Made by a program: the position numbers and the translations under genes. 64,000 bases of DNA from Lachnospiraceae bacterium (lineage in GTDB: Bacteria > Bacillota > Clostridia > Lachnospirales > Lachnospiraceae): assembly GCA_017525525.1 (NCBI GenBank), contig JAFXSQ010000030.1:63-64062 (forward strand), written 5' to 3'. Positions 51,719 to 61,450 of the stretch are shown here, piece by piece. Position 1 is the stretch's first letter; every line of letters starts with the position of its first letter. Under the pieces are notes generated by a model. That model did not search any database. It saw only the letters and a program-made list of their open reading frames with translations, and was not told where the DNA came from.

Positions 51719-53430
51719 TCATAGGTTACGCCGTATTTTTCGGCTATATCCTTAGCGTAGGACGAGCCCTCCGGCTGTGCCAAAGCAACCTTGAAGGAAC
51801 GCTTGCCGTCCTCGGTTTGCATAATCAGTGAGGCAGCTCCTGCTTCGGAGCTTTCACGGGTTAATTCCTCGGCGTCCTCTCCGAGCTTGTGCATATGAGT
51901 GTTGTAGATTGTGCGCGTTGCTTTGGTCAGGAGAGCTTTGACGGAATCTCTTGCGATGTAGTAGCCCTCCTCGAAAGATGTCGTGGAGAAGGTCTCGTTC
52001 ATCAGCAGGAGACTTCTGCTTGTCGACTGAGAGAACATCTCCTTGAAACGGACACATTCTTCTCCGAGCCTTCCGAGATCCATGGTTTTGTCCTCGTCTG
52101 CCGGAAAGTGGGTGTAGATGCAGTCGCAGGGAACATAGCGGAAGCTCTCCGCCGGAACGTAGAGTCCACCCTGGGCCAGAACAAACAGCTGCCCGACAGC
52201 CTGCGTGATAGTGGTCTTACCGCCGCGGTTTGCGCCGGTAAGTATATATACGGTATGCTCCCGATCAAAGGAAAGGTCATTCGACACAATTTCACTTACA
52301 TTATCCATGTTCATTGCAAGCTTCAGATTGTAAAAGCCTTTTGCTGACATAGATACAGATGCTTCGTTCTCGATTTCCGGCTGTGTTTCACAGAATACAC
52401 AGCCTTTTTCAATAAGACGGCTGATAAACTCAGCGCATCTGATGTAATATACAAACTCCGGCACCAAAGCGGAGACATTCACTATTGCCACATTTGCATA
52501 CTTGGTAAGCGTATCCTTAAGTTTCTTAACTATGGAGCCGAGCATCTTATTCACCACGGTGTCAAGATAAAATGTAGCGTTTGTTGATGCGCCGTCAGCC
52601 GCCGTATTCACGATTGTGGAGTTGGCTCCGGTAGTTGATGCATAAGTGGATTGCACTGCGTGCAGGCCCGCTTCGTTCTTCATATAATCGATGAAGCCGT
52701 GCTTTTCCTCTCCGTCGATGAGCTGATAACGCATGTCGCCGTCCCAGTCTGCGGTATCGCGAAGCTTGTCTTTTGCTGCAATCGCATCGGCGAAATTGCT
52801 GACGATGCCCGATTTTTTAAAAGGCTTTTTGTTGATGGATACAAGTCCTATGCCGACGGCTTCAAAGCGCTCGTTGACATTGATTCCCAGAGTGACGCTC
52901 TGTACATCGGATGCCTTCATTTTGAGTTGAGCGATATCAGCCTTCATTTCGGCAAAGCAAGCGTCTTCGTAGAGCTCGGTAATGTAAGCCTTGAGTGAAA
53001 TCAGTCCCTCGGATTGAAGGCGCTCATCGGACAGGCAGTCTCGCATGGTTTCCACAATTTGGATATAGTCATCCAACTCATCGAGACGATGGAAGAGATG
53101 CCATAATCCAAGCTCCTCATCAGAGGTCTTGTGCAATGTGGAAAAATCCTTCATGAATTGAATCTTGTCGAAAAGCTGCAGCATGGTGTCTCTCAGTTCG
53201 GGAAGCCGAAGAATATCCGAGAAAATCTGCCGGCGATACGCGGCGACATTCGCATCTTCTGTTATTTGCGAAAGTACATTTGTGATCATACGCCGTTCTT
53301 TGACATCGCTTGATGTAGCCTCGCAAAATGCTTCCAAACCAAGATCGTGCATCACATGGTCGGGAAGCCTGCGGTATTTTGGCTCTGCTCCGACCGGATG
53401 TAACAGGCTGAATTTGGTATTCCGATTCAT
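51697..53430 (-). CDS. MutS-related ATPase (domain V only; no mismatch-binding or Smr domain)
   Basis: 577 aa from the ATG after GGAGGTG. Walker A GANRGGKTT, and a MutS-type Walker B region that reads LLLMNETFSTTS instead of the usual hhhhDE..RGT. Confidence 0.8.
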   Translation of the reverse strand: MNRNTKFSLLHPVGAEPKYRRLPDHVMHDLGLEAFCEATSSDVKERRMITNVLSQITEDANVAAYRRQIFSDILRLPELRDTMLQLFDKIQFMKDFSTLHKTSDEELGLWHLFHRLDELDDYIQIVETMRDCLSDERLQSEGLISLKAYITELYEDACFAEMKADIAQLKMKASDVQSVTLGINVNERFEAVGIGLVSINKKPFKKSGIVSNFADAIAAKDKLRDTADWDGDMRYQLIDGEEKHGFIDYMKNEAGLHAVQSTYASTTGANSTIVNTAADGASTNATFYLDTVVNKMLGSIVKKLKDTLTKYANVAIVNVSALVPEFVYYIRCAEFISRLIEKGCVFCETQPEIENEASVSMSAKGFYNLKLAMNMDNVSEIVSNDLSFDREHTVYILTGANRGGKTTITQAVGQLFVLAQGGLYVPAESFRYVPCDCIYTHFPADEDKTMDLGRLGEECVRFKEMFSQSTSRSLLLMNETFSTTSFEEGYYIARDSVKALLTKATRTIYNTHMHKLGEDAEELTRESSEAGAASLIMQTEDGKRSFKVALAQPEGSSYAKDIAEKYGVTYDMLVNGV

Positions 53431-53493
53431 AAGCGCACCTCCGTATATAAGACTCTTCGGGTTACGCACAACCGGAGGAGTCTTTCTCATAAA

Positions 53494-54345
53494 TCACTTT
53501 ACACTGTCTTTTTTAAGGGGAATACAGATATAGCTTATCGTATCGGCAGGATTTTTTGCCGGCGGCAGATAAAACTCCAGCGAATAATCGCCTGCTAAAG
53601 TATACTCTTTAAGAGCGGGTAGCCATTCCGACCATATCTGACTGTTGACTTTCTGCATACTGTCAGGCAACGGCCCTTCGCACTTAAACAACGCCCACAG
53701 TCCGCCGGGGACTTGGTAAGCGCTTAAGTCCTCCGGAATATCCTCCCATGGAAGATAGAGATCGGCAATCCAATAGTCAAAGTTTTTTCCGTCCATGTCC
53801 GTGCACAGGCCAAACATTCCTTTTAAGCCGTTCGGATTTGACATCCACTCATTCCAGAATTTCGGTACTTCCATGTAGCTTGTCTCTGCATTGAAACGTT
53901 TTTTGATACCTACAACCGTAAAAGGTGCTTTTTCGACAATCTTATAATCTAACATATTTCCGCCCTCCAATGTGATTTTGATATGCAACGGAGCAAATGA
54001 CCGAAGGCTTGCTCCGGATTCTCTTGCCTGCGCAGGGGTGATACCGTGAAAGCGCTGGAAAGCTTTAGTAAAGCTGTCGGGAGAATCATAGCCGTACTTC
54101 ATGGCAATATCGATTACCTTGCGCTCGGAACAGGAGAGCTCCTGCGCCGCTAAAGTCATGCGGCGCGCGCGGATGTATTCTCCGACGGTCATGCCGCACA
54201 TGGCTCCGAAGATACGCTGATAATAGAACGAAGAAAGCGCAGCCTTCTTGGCGATATTCTCTATATCCAGCTCATTTGACAGATTTTGTTCGATATAATC
54301 AATGGAAGCCTGAAATCCATCAATCCAGTCTTTCATAACGGTCAC
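53494..54345 (-). CDS. AraC-family transcriptional regulator with GyrI-like effector-binding domain
   Basis: 283 aa. It has an N-terminal double HTH (FYYQRIFGAMCGMTVGEYIRARRM..., DSPDSFTKAFQRFHGITP) and a C-terminal GyrI-like beta-rich domain. Confidence 0.85.
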   Translation of the reverse strand: MTVMKDWIDGFQASIDYIEQNLSNELDIENIAKKAALSSFYYQRIFGAMCGMTVGEYIRARRMTLAAQELSCSERKVIDIAMKYGYDSPDSFTKAFQRFHGITPAQARESGASLRSFAPLHIKITLEGGNMLDYKIVEKAPFTVVGIKKRFNAETSYMEVPKFWNEWMSNPNGLKGMFGLCTDMDGKNFDYWIADLYLPWEDIPEDLSAYQVPGGLWALFKCEGPLPDSMQKVNSQIWSEWLPALKEYTLAGDYSLEFYLPPAKNPADTISYICIPLKKDSVK

Positions 54346-54401
54346 CTCGCTCGTATAATATGTAATGGCACGATTGCTAAAGCAATCCTGCCTAGTCTAA
54401 T

Positions 54402-54486
54402 GTCATAAGGAATCCACCGCTTCGCGGTACCCCCTTATGACGAAAGTCGGTGCGATGCAAAATTATGACTTCGTCATAATCGCACC
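54402..54486 (+). repeat. family-2 double-hairpin repeat
   Basis: GTCATAAGGAATCCACCGCTTCGCGGTACCCCCTTATGAC + GGTGCGATGCAAAATTATGACTTCGTCATAATCGCACC. Confidence 0.9.
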
Positions 54487-54566
54487 TCGCTTAAGCTTGA
54501 TAGTATTATTTCACATCAGGGGATTTTTGTCCCGACTTTTTGTGCGCTCTTTGTCGGGGTCGGAAT

Positions 54567-55322
54567 CTATATCTCCTCCGAAGAGAGGAGAGGGCGGTTA
54601 AGGACCTGTTTTTTATAGTCCGTAGGAGTGAGGCCGGTGTGCTTGCGGAAAATCTCAGTGAAGTAGCTCTGACTCGGGAAGGCAAGGATTGCGGAAATCT
54701 GCGCCGGCTTGTAATCCGAGAACCGAAGCATATTCTTGGCTGTCTCGATTTTTTGTGTGCGTATGTAGCTGCTTATAGTGGCGCCGACCTCCTTCTTGAA
54801 CAGACGGGAAAGGTAGTTGGGGTTAAGATCAACGAGCTTTGCCAATTCTTCTACCGTTATTTTGGCGTGAAGGTTGTCATATATATAATCTATGCATTGC
54901 GCAATCTGCTTTGAACATATGGCATGCTTTCGTAATGAACGCATGCGCTTAGCGTAATCGATGCACATGATAGGATGCAGCGCGGAGATGTCCTCCGTGC
55001 TTTTGCATTTGTCGGCTTTTTGAATGTAAAAATCACTCAGGCTGTAGGCTGAGGATAGGTCCATGCCGGATTGGATACAGTAACGCGCGACCAAGGCAGT
55101 GGTAATCACAAAATGATACTTTAAATTCTGAAGCGGATTTTCCGAAAGTCGTCCCAGCCCCGGTTTGTCAGTCAATACATCCTTGCAAAGCTCCTTAACG
55201 CGCTCGACATTCCCCGCTCCGATGGTAGTGTAAAACTCAATCTCCGGGTTTATCGGGGCGCGTGAAAACTCGTTTTCTCTCTGTACAAAATTCTTGTAGA
55301 AGAGCTCTTTTTGGTAATCCAT
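54567..55322 (-). CDS. AraC-family transcriptional regulator
   Basis: 251 aa with a C-terminal AraC HTH (LSRLFKKEVGATISSYIRTQKIETAKNML..., SQSYFTEIFRKHTGLTPTDYK). It is divergent from the GH16 gene. Confidence 0.8.
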   Translation of the reverse strand: MDYQKELFYKNFVQRENEFSRAPINPEIEFYTTIGAGNVERVKELCKDVLTDKPGLGRLSENPLQNLKYHFVITTALVARYCIQSGMDLSSAYSLSDFYIQKADKCKSTEDISALHPIMCIDYAKRMRSLRKHAICSKQIAQCIDYIYDNLHAKITVEELAKLVDLNPNYLSRLFKKEVGATISSYIRTQKIETAKNMLRFSDYKPAQISAILAFPSQSYFTEIFRKHTGLTPTDYKKQVLNRPLLSSEEI

Positions 55323-55490
55323 AGTTACCTCCTTGAATCTGAAAAAATCAATATAATTATTATATCATAAAAACGACAAATAAGTAATAAAAAAGATATA
55401 TTATTTTTGGGCTTTATTATATACTTTTGAACATGCGTGTGGGAGGTATAATGTTAAAAGAGGAAAACCAAATAATAAGGAGGATTACAA

Positions 55491-58400
55491 ATGGTTAAGA
55501 AGATGAAAATGTTCGCTAAGCGAGCATGCGTCGGTATCATGTCGGCGGCGATGATGATGACCGCTGTTCCGGCGTTGCCGATACTGGCAGCAGAAGAGGA
55601 TCCGGTTGTGGGCTTCCCTATGGACGGACACGACGACGGATACGCTGATGCGTACAGTGAAGAAGGCTATTCCCTCGTGTGGAACGATGAGTTCGATGAA
55701 GACACGCTTAACACAGATGACTGGCTGGTAGAGTTACATCCGGCAGGCTGGGTTAACAGTGAGCTTCAGGAGTATGTAGGACTTGAGAACGGCAATATTG
55801 AGGTTAAGGACGGCATACTTTCAATCAAGACAAAGGCAACAAAGAAGGCTGACGCGCCCGAAGGACCGGCAAATCCGGAGGTTTTGAAGGGTGATGGCTT
55901 TGACGCAACCAATTGGGGCGGCGGAGCAGGCGGTTCAGCTAAGGGCTCCGTAGCTTATGATAGCGGAAAAGCAGTTCTCACTATCGAAGATTCCGGAGCT
56001 GAAAACTGGAACTTCCAGATTCAGCAGAGCAATCTTGCGCTTGAGGCAGGTCATGAGTATGAATTTACTGTGAAGGCAAGCTCAACCGTAGCAAGAAAGA
56101 CAGAAATAAGCGTACTTGACCCGGCAAACAATTATGCTTGGTACGGCGGAACAACCGCAAGTATCGGAACCGAAGAGGGCGAGATAAAGTTCAACTTTGA
56201 AATGAAGGACACCAGTGAGACTATAGCTCTTCAGATTAACTTCGGTCTTATAGGCGGAAACGCTGAGGATAGCAGCCCGGCTGTTGTAACTCTTTCGGAT
56301 GTATCATTAAAGGATCTTTCTGTAACATCCGATACGGTTGATGTTAAGAAGACCTACGACATCACTTCAGGCCGTATATCTACTGATGATAAGCACGAGT
56401 TTACCTACGGACGTTTTGAAGCTAAGCTCAAGGTTCCCGAGGGTAAGGGATATTGGCCGGCATTCTGGCTCTTAGGAGATCAGAGCATCTACGGACAGTG
56501 GCCGAGATGCGGCGAGATAGACGTAATGGAAATCGTCGGTGACTCTGTTGATACAACACAGGGTAATATCTGGTCAGGATACACAAGCAGCACTACAAAG
56601 GACAATCCTAAGAAGAAGATTCTTGGTGAGGGCGAAGGCACATTTGCAGACAGCTGGCATACCTTTACACTTGACTGGGAGCCCGGTAAGGTTACCTGGT
56701 ATGTTGACGGAGAGAAGATGCATGAAGTAAGCGACTGGTACACAGGAAAGGATGCAAACAGCATCATTACCTATCCCGCACCTTATGATCAGCCGTTCTA
56801 TGTAATTCTTAACCTTGCTTTCGGCGGACAGATGGGTGGTACTCCTACACAGGAAACCATGGATGATATGGACAATCAGGCATATCAGATTGATTATGTG
56901 CGTGTATACCAGAAGGATCCGGAAGTGTACAAGGAGATGTTAGAGAACTGCAAACGTCCCGAGCAGGTTTCAACCTTCAGAGAGCCTGACACCGAAGGAA
57001 ACTACATCATTAACGGTACCTTTGCTGAGGATATCGACAGGTCAGAAGGCGCAACAGGCGATACAAACTGGATTCTCTATACCGAGAGCGATGCAAAGAA
57101 TGCATCCGCAGAGGTAGAAGACGGCGTAATCAAGATTGATCCGGGTGTTGTCGGCGATAAGAACCACAGCATTCAGCTTAAGCAGCAGAGCATCCCTATG
57201 TACAGGGGATGGGAGTATGAGCTTTCGTTCGACGCATGGGCAGATGAGGCTCGTACAATGATAGTTGATATCTCCGGACCGAATAACGGTTGGACAAGAT
57301 ATTACGATGATACAACATTTGATCTTACAACAGAGAAGCAGCCATTTACGGTTCCTTTCACAATGGAGAAGAAGACCGATGACAACGGTTCTCTTGAATT
57401 CAACTTCGGAAACCAGGGTTCAACCGTACCTGTTTATATCACAAATGTAAAGATTACACACAAGTCGGGAGAGTTAATCCCTGAGGATACTTCAAAGTCT
57501 GTCGGCATAGACGGCAACTATATATACAACGGTTCCTTCGACCAGGGTGATGACAGACTCGGTTACTGGGATATTGAGGCCGCTGAAGGAAGTGTAAGCG
57601 TTACCAACGAAGGCACAAGAAGAGAGTTAAAGGCCGTTATTACTATACCTGAGGGCGCAACTGAGGCCGGTCCGGTACATATTTCACAGAATGAGCTTGC
57701 TCCGATAGCTGCAGGTAAGTATGAGATGAGCTTCGATGCTTACATGGAGGAAGGCTCAAGCGCAGATGCGCTTACCGTTAGTGTTGCAGGCAAGGAAATC
57801 AAGCCTGAGCTTACAACAGCAAAGAAGAACTATTCAGAGAAGTTTGAGGTAATAGAGAGTCTTACACGTGACCAGTCAAATGTGGTATTTACATTCGATA
57901 AGCCGGGTACATACTATCTTGACAATGTATGGCTTGTTGAGGATGCTATGATTAAGAACGGTTCATTCTCTGCAGATATGGCAAGCTGGGAGCCGTATAT
58001 CGACGGCGCAGCAGATGCTTCTTATGTAGTAGACAGCCAGCACGGCAAGGACTATGCATTTGAGATGACTGTCAACAAGACAGGTACCATGGATTGGCAG
58101 GTAGCATTAAATCAGGAGAACATCCTTCTTGAGAAGGGCAAATTCTACAAGGTAACATTTGCGGTAAAGAGCACAATCAATCGCCAGATAGTATGGAGCT
58201 TCCAGCGCAACGGAAGTGTTCGCGGCGATGATACATGGACCAATTACAGTGGTGATGGCACAACCGATGTTGGACCGACATGGAAGACTGTTGAAGCGGT
58301 ATTCGAGATGAAAGAGGATACTGATGATAAGACAAGATTCAACATCAGCATGGGTGCGGTTAACGGTGCTGAGATCAACGACATCCACTATGTATACATT

Positions 58401-59186
58401 GATGATGTTACACTTGAAGAAACAGAGGAGCCTGTTCCTACAACTAAGGACATCACAACCGCTACAGTAACCGGTCTTGGCACAAAGGCTTGGACAGGTT
58501 CGGAGATTACTCCGGTTGTAACCGTTAAGGACGGCGATGTAACTCTTAAGAAGGGTACAGATTACACTGTAGAGTACAAGAACAACAAGGCAGCAGGTAA
58601 GGCTTCTGTAGTTATAACCGGTATCGGCGACTACGAAGGCACTATTACAAAGAGCTTCCTTATAAAGAAGGTTGCCTTAAAGTACAGAGCTTATGTACAG
58701 AAGAACAACTGGATGGCATGGCAGACAGCTAACATCTCCGGAACCAAGGCTTCGGGAGCTGCAGGCTACGCTGATATGAAGAAGGATCTCAGAATGGAGA
58801 CGATCCAGATGCAGCTTTCAGGCATATCAGGCTCGGTTGAGTACAGAGCTTACTGCGCAAAGAAGGGCTGGACACAGTGGGCAACAACCGCTGATACAAA
58901 AACTTACGCAGGTACAAAGGGTGAGTCAAGAAGAGTAGAGCTTATCCAGCTTAAGGCTAAGGGACAGGTTGCTACACTTTACGATATGTACTTCAGAGCT
59001 TACTCAGAGAAGTTCGGATGGCTCGGATGGGCTAAGTCAGGTGAGAAGGCAGGAACTCAGGGTTATGCATATAAGCTTGAGGCATTCCAGGTTAACTTCG
59101 TACCGAAGGGAACAACCTTCTCAATCAAGTCTTCAAAGACCAAGAGCTTCTATGATAAGACAAAGGACGGCGCTAACCCTAAGTAA
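55491..59186 (+). CDS. secreted multidomain beta-glucanase: GH16 catalytic domain (interrupted by a CBM4/9-like insert), three further CBM4/9-like modules, Ig-like domain, three ChW repeats
   Basis: 1231 aa with a signal peptide. GH16 motifs are WNDEFD, WVNSELQEY and GEIDVMEIVG. CBM-like modules repeat. The C-terminal ChW repeats are YRAYVQKNNWMAWQ, YRAYCAKKGWTQWA and FRAYSEKFGWLGWA. Confidence 0.9.
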   Translation: MVKKMKMFAKRACVGIMSAAMMMTAVPALPILAAEEDPVVGFPMDGHDDGYADAYSEEGYSLVWNDEFDEDTLNTDDWLVELHPAGWVNSELQEYVGLENGNIEVKDGILSIKTKATKKADAPEGPANPEVLKGDGFDATNWGGGAGGSAKGSVAYDSGKAVLTIEDSGAENWNFQIQQSNLALEAGHEYEFTVKASSTVARKTEISVLDPANNYAWYGGTTASIGTEEGEIKFNFEMKDTSETIALQINFGLIGGNAEDSSPAVVTLSDVSLKDLSVTSDTVDVKKTYDITSGRISTDDKHEFTYGRFEAKLKVPEGKGYWPAFWLLGDQSIYGQWPRCGEIDVMEIVGDSVDTTQGNIWSGYTSSTTKDNPKKKILGEGEGTFADSWHTFTLDWEPGKVTWYVDGEKMHEVSDWYTGKDANSIITYPAPYDQPFYVILNLAFGGQMGGTPTQETMDDMDNQAYQIDYVRVYQKDPEVYKEMLENCKRPEQVSTFREPDTEGNYIINGTFAEDIDRSEGATGDTNWILYTESDAKNASAEVEDGVIKIDPGVVGDKNHSIQLKQQSIPMYRGWEYELSFDAWADEARTMIVDISGPNNGWTRYYDDTTFDLTTEKQPFTVPFTMEKKTDDNGSLEFNFGNQGSTVPVYITNVKITHKSGELIPEDTSKSVGIDGNYIYNGSFDQGDDRLGYWDIEAAEGSVSVTNEGTRRELKAVITIPEGATEAGPVHISQNELAPIAAGKYEMSFDAYMEEGSSADALTVSVAGKEIKPELTTAKKNYSEKFEVIESLTRDQSNVVFTFDKPGTYYLDNVWLVEDAMIKNGSFSADMASWEPYIDGAADASYVVDSQHGKDYAFEMTVNKTGTMDWQVALNQENILLEKGKFYKVTFAVKSTINRQIVWSFQRNGSVRGDDTWTNYSGDGTTDVGPTWKTVEAVFEMKEDTDDKTRFNISMGAVNGAEINDIHYVYIDDVTLEETEEPVPTTKDITTATVTGLGTKAWTGSEITPVVTVKDGDVTLKKGTDYTVEYKNNKAAGKASVVITGIGDYEGTITKSFLIKKVALKYRAYVQKNNWMAWQTANISGTKASGAAGYADMKKDLRMETIQMQLSGISGSVEYRAYCAKKGWTQWATTADTKTYAGTKGESRRVELIQLKAKGQVATLYDMYFRAYSEKFGWLGWAKSGEKAGTQGYAYKLEAFQVNFVPKGTTFSIKSSKTKSFYDKTKDGANPK

Positions 59187-59222
59187 ATAATGACTTGTTA
59201 CAGGTCGAATAAGTGATATCAG

Positions 59223-59258
59223 ATCTCCCCTGCCTTTTCGGACAGGGGAGATTTTTTA
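59223..59258 (+). terminator. intrinsic terminator after the GH16 gene
   Basis: ATCTCCCCTG ... CAGGGGAGATTTTTT. Confidence 0.85.
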
Positions 59259-59348
59259 TGCGCAGGGGCGCCGAGATGTAGGTGTCAGCTAAAGCTGACC
59301 GGCGCCCCGCGCGCGCATAAGGAGCGACTTCGTCTTCCTTATGCGATT
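59257..59348 (+). repeat. family-4 repeat plus family-3-type 3' hairpin, attached to the GH16 terminator
   Basis: TATGCGCAGGGGCGCCGAGATGTAGGTGTCAGCTAAAGCTGACCGGCGCCCCGCGCGCG CATAAGGAGCGACTTCGTCTTCCTTATGCGATT. Confidence 0.85.
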
Positions 59349-59424
59349 TTCTTTGTTGTATTGACTTATGTATTGTTTCAAACTATAATAGTTTTGTATG
59401 TCTTTATGCATAGGGAGGCTAAAA

Positions 59425-60627
59425 ATGCAGCGTAAACCGGAATGGTATAATAAGAAATGGATTGGCAATCTGATCACGGTTGCTTTCGGAGTAATACTCT
59501 TTGTTCTGTTGGAGCACATCGGAGATATATGGCACGGTATTGGCGCCTTCTTCAAATTCCTCACACCTGTTGTAATAGGTCTTTGTATAGCGTATGTTCT
59601 CGATCCGCTGGCGAAGGTATTCGAAAATAGGATATTCGACGGGGTGAAGAAGGAGGGCGCAAGACGAATACTCTCCGTTACATTTTCGTTGATACTGTTG
59701 TTGTTGCTCTTGGTGGTTCTTATGGTATCGCTTATACCTCAGCTGGCCGACAGTGTGAATATGTTCATTAATAACCTGGACGGGTACTCGAAATCATTTA
59801 CATCCTTTATCGATAAGGTGCAGAACATGAAGTTCATGAAGGGTGTAAATCTGACCAATGTAACCAACTCAATGGAGAATGTGGTTAACGGTATCATAAA
59901 GTCCATAACGGACAACAAGGCTAAGATTTTAGAGACCACATACGGCGTGGGAAGCAGCGTTATGAACGGCGCGTTGGGCTTTATACTGGCAATATACTTC
60001 CTGTATGGCAAGAGGTTTGTGGTTGACGGAGTTAAGAGGTTTTTGAAGGCTATACTCACGGAGAGACAGTATACGAATATAAGAAAGATATTTGTCCGCT
60101 CGAACAAGATCATGGTGCGTTATATAAGCTTTGACCTGATCGACGGTCTTATAGTCGGCATAGTTAACTGGGTATTCATGCTTATTACCGATATGCAGTA
60201 TTCGGTGCTTATCTCGGTGGTTGTCGGTATTACAAATCTTGCGCCTACCTTCGGTCCTATGGTCGGCGCCGTAATAGGCGGCTTCATCCTGCTTTTGGCT
60301 AATCCGTTAGACGCGCTGATTTTCCTTATATTTACGGCTGTGCTTCAGACCATAGACGGATATGTCTTAAAGCCGAAGCTCTTCGGCGACAGCCTAGGTG
60401 TTTCAGCGGTGCTTATCATAATATTCATTATAGTAGGCGGAAAGATGTTCGGCGTTATGGGAGTGCTTCTCTCCATACCGTGCGCGGGCATTCTCGACTT
60501 CCTGTATCATGAGTACTTTATCGAGAGGATAGAAGAGAGGAAGAACCGGCGTGAGGAAGCGGAGAAGGAGAAGTATGCCGCGGAGGAAAAGCTTAAAGCG
60601 AAAACGGCAGCTGAGAATGAAGAATGA
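59425..60627 (+). CDS. AI-2E family transporter (PerM/UPF0118)
   Basis: ATG after GGGAGG, about 8 TM segments, typical NLAPTFGPMVGAVIG motif, charged C-terminal tail. Confidence 0.85.
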   Translation: MQRKPEWYNKKWIGNLITVAFGVILFVLLEHIGDIWHGIGAFFKFLTPVVIGLCIAYVLDPLAKVFENRIFDGVKKEGARRILSVTFSLILLLLLLVVLMVSLIPQLADSVNMFINNLDGYSKSFTSFIDKVQNMKFMKGVNLTNVTNSMENVVNGIIKSITDNKAKILETTYGVGSSVMNGALGFILAIYFLYGKRFVVDGVKRFLKAILTERQYTNIRKIFVRSNKIMVRYISFDLIDGLIVGIVNWVFMLITDMQYSVLISVVVGITNLAPTFGPMVGAVIGGFILLLANPLDALIFLIFTAVLQTIDGYVLKPKLFGDSLGVSAVLIIIFIIVGGKMFGVMGVLLSIPCAGILDFLYHEYFIERIEERKNRREEAEKEKYAAEEKLKAKTAAENEE

Positions 60628-60632
60628 CACCT

Positions 60633-60803
60633 GTCATTCTGAACGAAGTGAAGAATCTTAATAACAAAATGTCATTCTGAACGAAGTGAAGAATCTTAAT
60701 AACAAAGTGTCATTCTGAACGAAGTGAAGAATCTTAATAACAAAATGTCATTCTGAACGAAGTGAAGAATCTTAAATAACGAAGAATCTTAATAATAGAG
60801 AGG
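60633..60803 (+). repeat. tandem array: four 38-bp units (28-bp family-1 unit + 10-bp linker) plus a partial fifth
   Basis: GTCATTCTGAACGAAGTGAAGAATCTTA + ATAACAAAAT, with units starting at 60633, 60671, 60709 and 60747. One linker variant is ATAACAAAGT. Confidence 0.95.
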
Positions 60804-60813
60804 AATAAATATT

Positions 60814-61419
60814 ATGTACATTACATGCTTGGATTTAGAGGGAGTTTTGGTGCCGGAGATATGGATTGCTTTTGCGGAAGAAACCGGTATCCCGGAGTTA
60901 AAGAGGACTACAAGGGATGAGCCGGATTATGACAAGCTTATGAAGTTTAGGATAGGCATATTAAAGGAGCACGGCCTGGGCTTAAAGGAGATACAGGACA
61001 CTATAGCAAAGATTGATCCGATGCCGGGCGCAAAGGAGTTTTTAGATGAGCTCAGAAGCGAGTGCCAGACTATCATCTTGAGCGATACATTTACCCAGTT
61101 TGCAACACCTCTTATGAAGAAGCTCGGCTGGCCTACAATATTCTGCAACAGCCTTGAGGTATCCGAGAGCGGAGAAGTCACAGGCTTTAAGATGCGTTGC
61201 GAGCAGAGCAAGCTGACTACCGTTAAGGCTTTACAGTCAATAGGCTATGAGACTATTGCTTCCGGAGACAGCTTCAACGATCTTGGTATGATACAGGCAA
61301 GCAAGGCGGGCTTTTTGTTCAGGAGCACGGAGGCTATTAAGAAGGAGCATCCGGAGCTTCCGGCATTTGAAACTTATGATGAACTGCTTGGCGCAATAAA
61401 GAAAGTTATCGCCGAGTAA
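60814..61419 (+). CDS. thrH: phosphoserine phosphatase / homoserine phosphotransferase ThrH-like HAD protein
   Basis: 201 aa. CLDLEGVLVPEIWIAFAEETGI..., ILSDTF and GDSFND closely resemble Pseudomonas ThrH as I recall it. Confidence 0.8.
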   Translation: MYITCLDLEGVLVPEIWIAFAEETGIPELKRTTRDEPDYDKLMKFRIGILKEHGLGLKEIQDTIAKIDPMPGAKEFLDELRSECQTIILSDTFTQFATPLMKKLGWPTIFCNSLEVSESGEVTGFKMRCEQSKLTTVKALQSIGYETIASGDSFNDLGMIQASKAGFLFRSTEAIKKEHPELPAFETYDELLGAIKKVIAE

Positions 61420-61450
61420 GTGTAAATAGGTTATGAAAATAAAGCGCTTA

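Noticed and set aside
54540-54914. 124-aa plus-strand ORF.
   Set aside because: It overlaps the minus-strand AraC regulator, which has clear HTH motifs, and it has no RBS.
60633-60803. Possible CRISPR array (regularly spaced 28-bp repeats).
   Set aside because: The spacers are only 10 bp and are essentially identical (ATAACAAAAT). No cas genes are present. The repeat is the same dispersed family-1 unit found at many intergenic sites, so this is a tandem repeat and not a CRISPR array.
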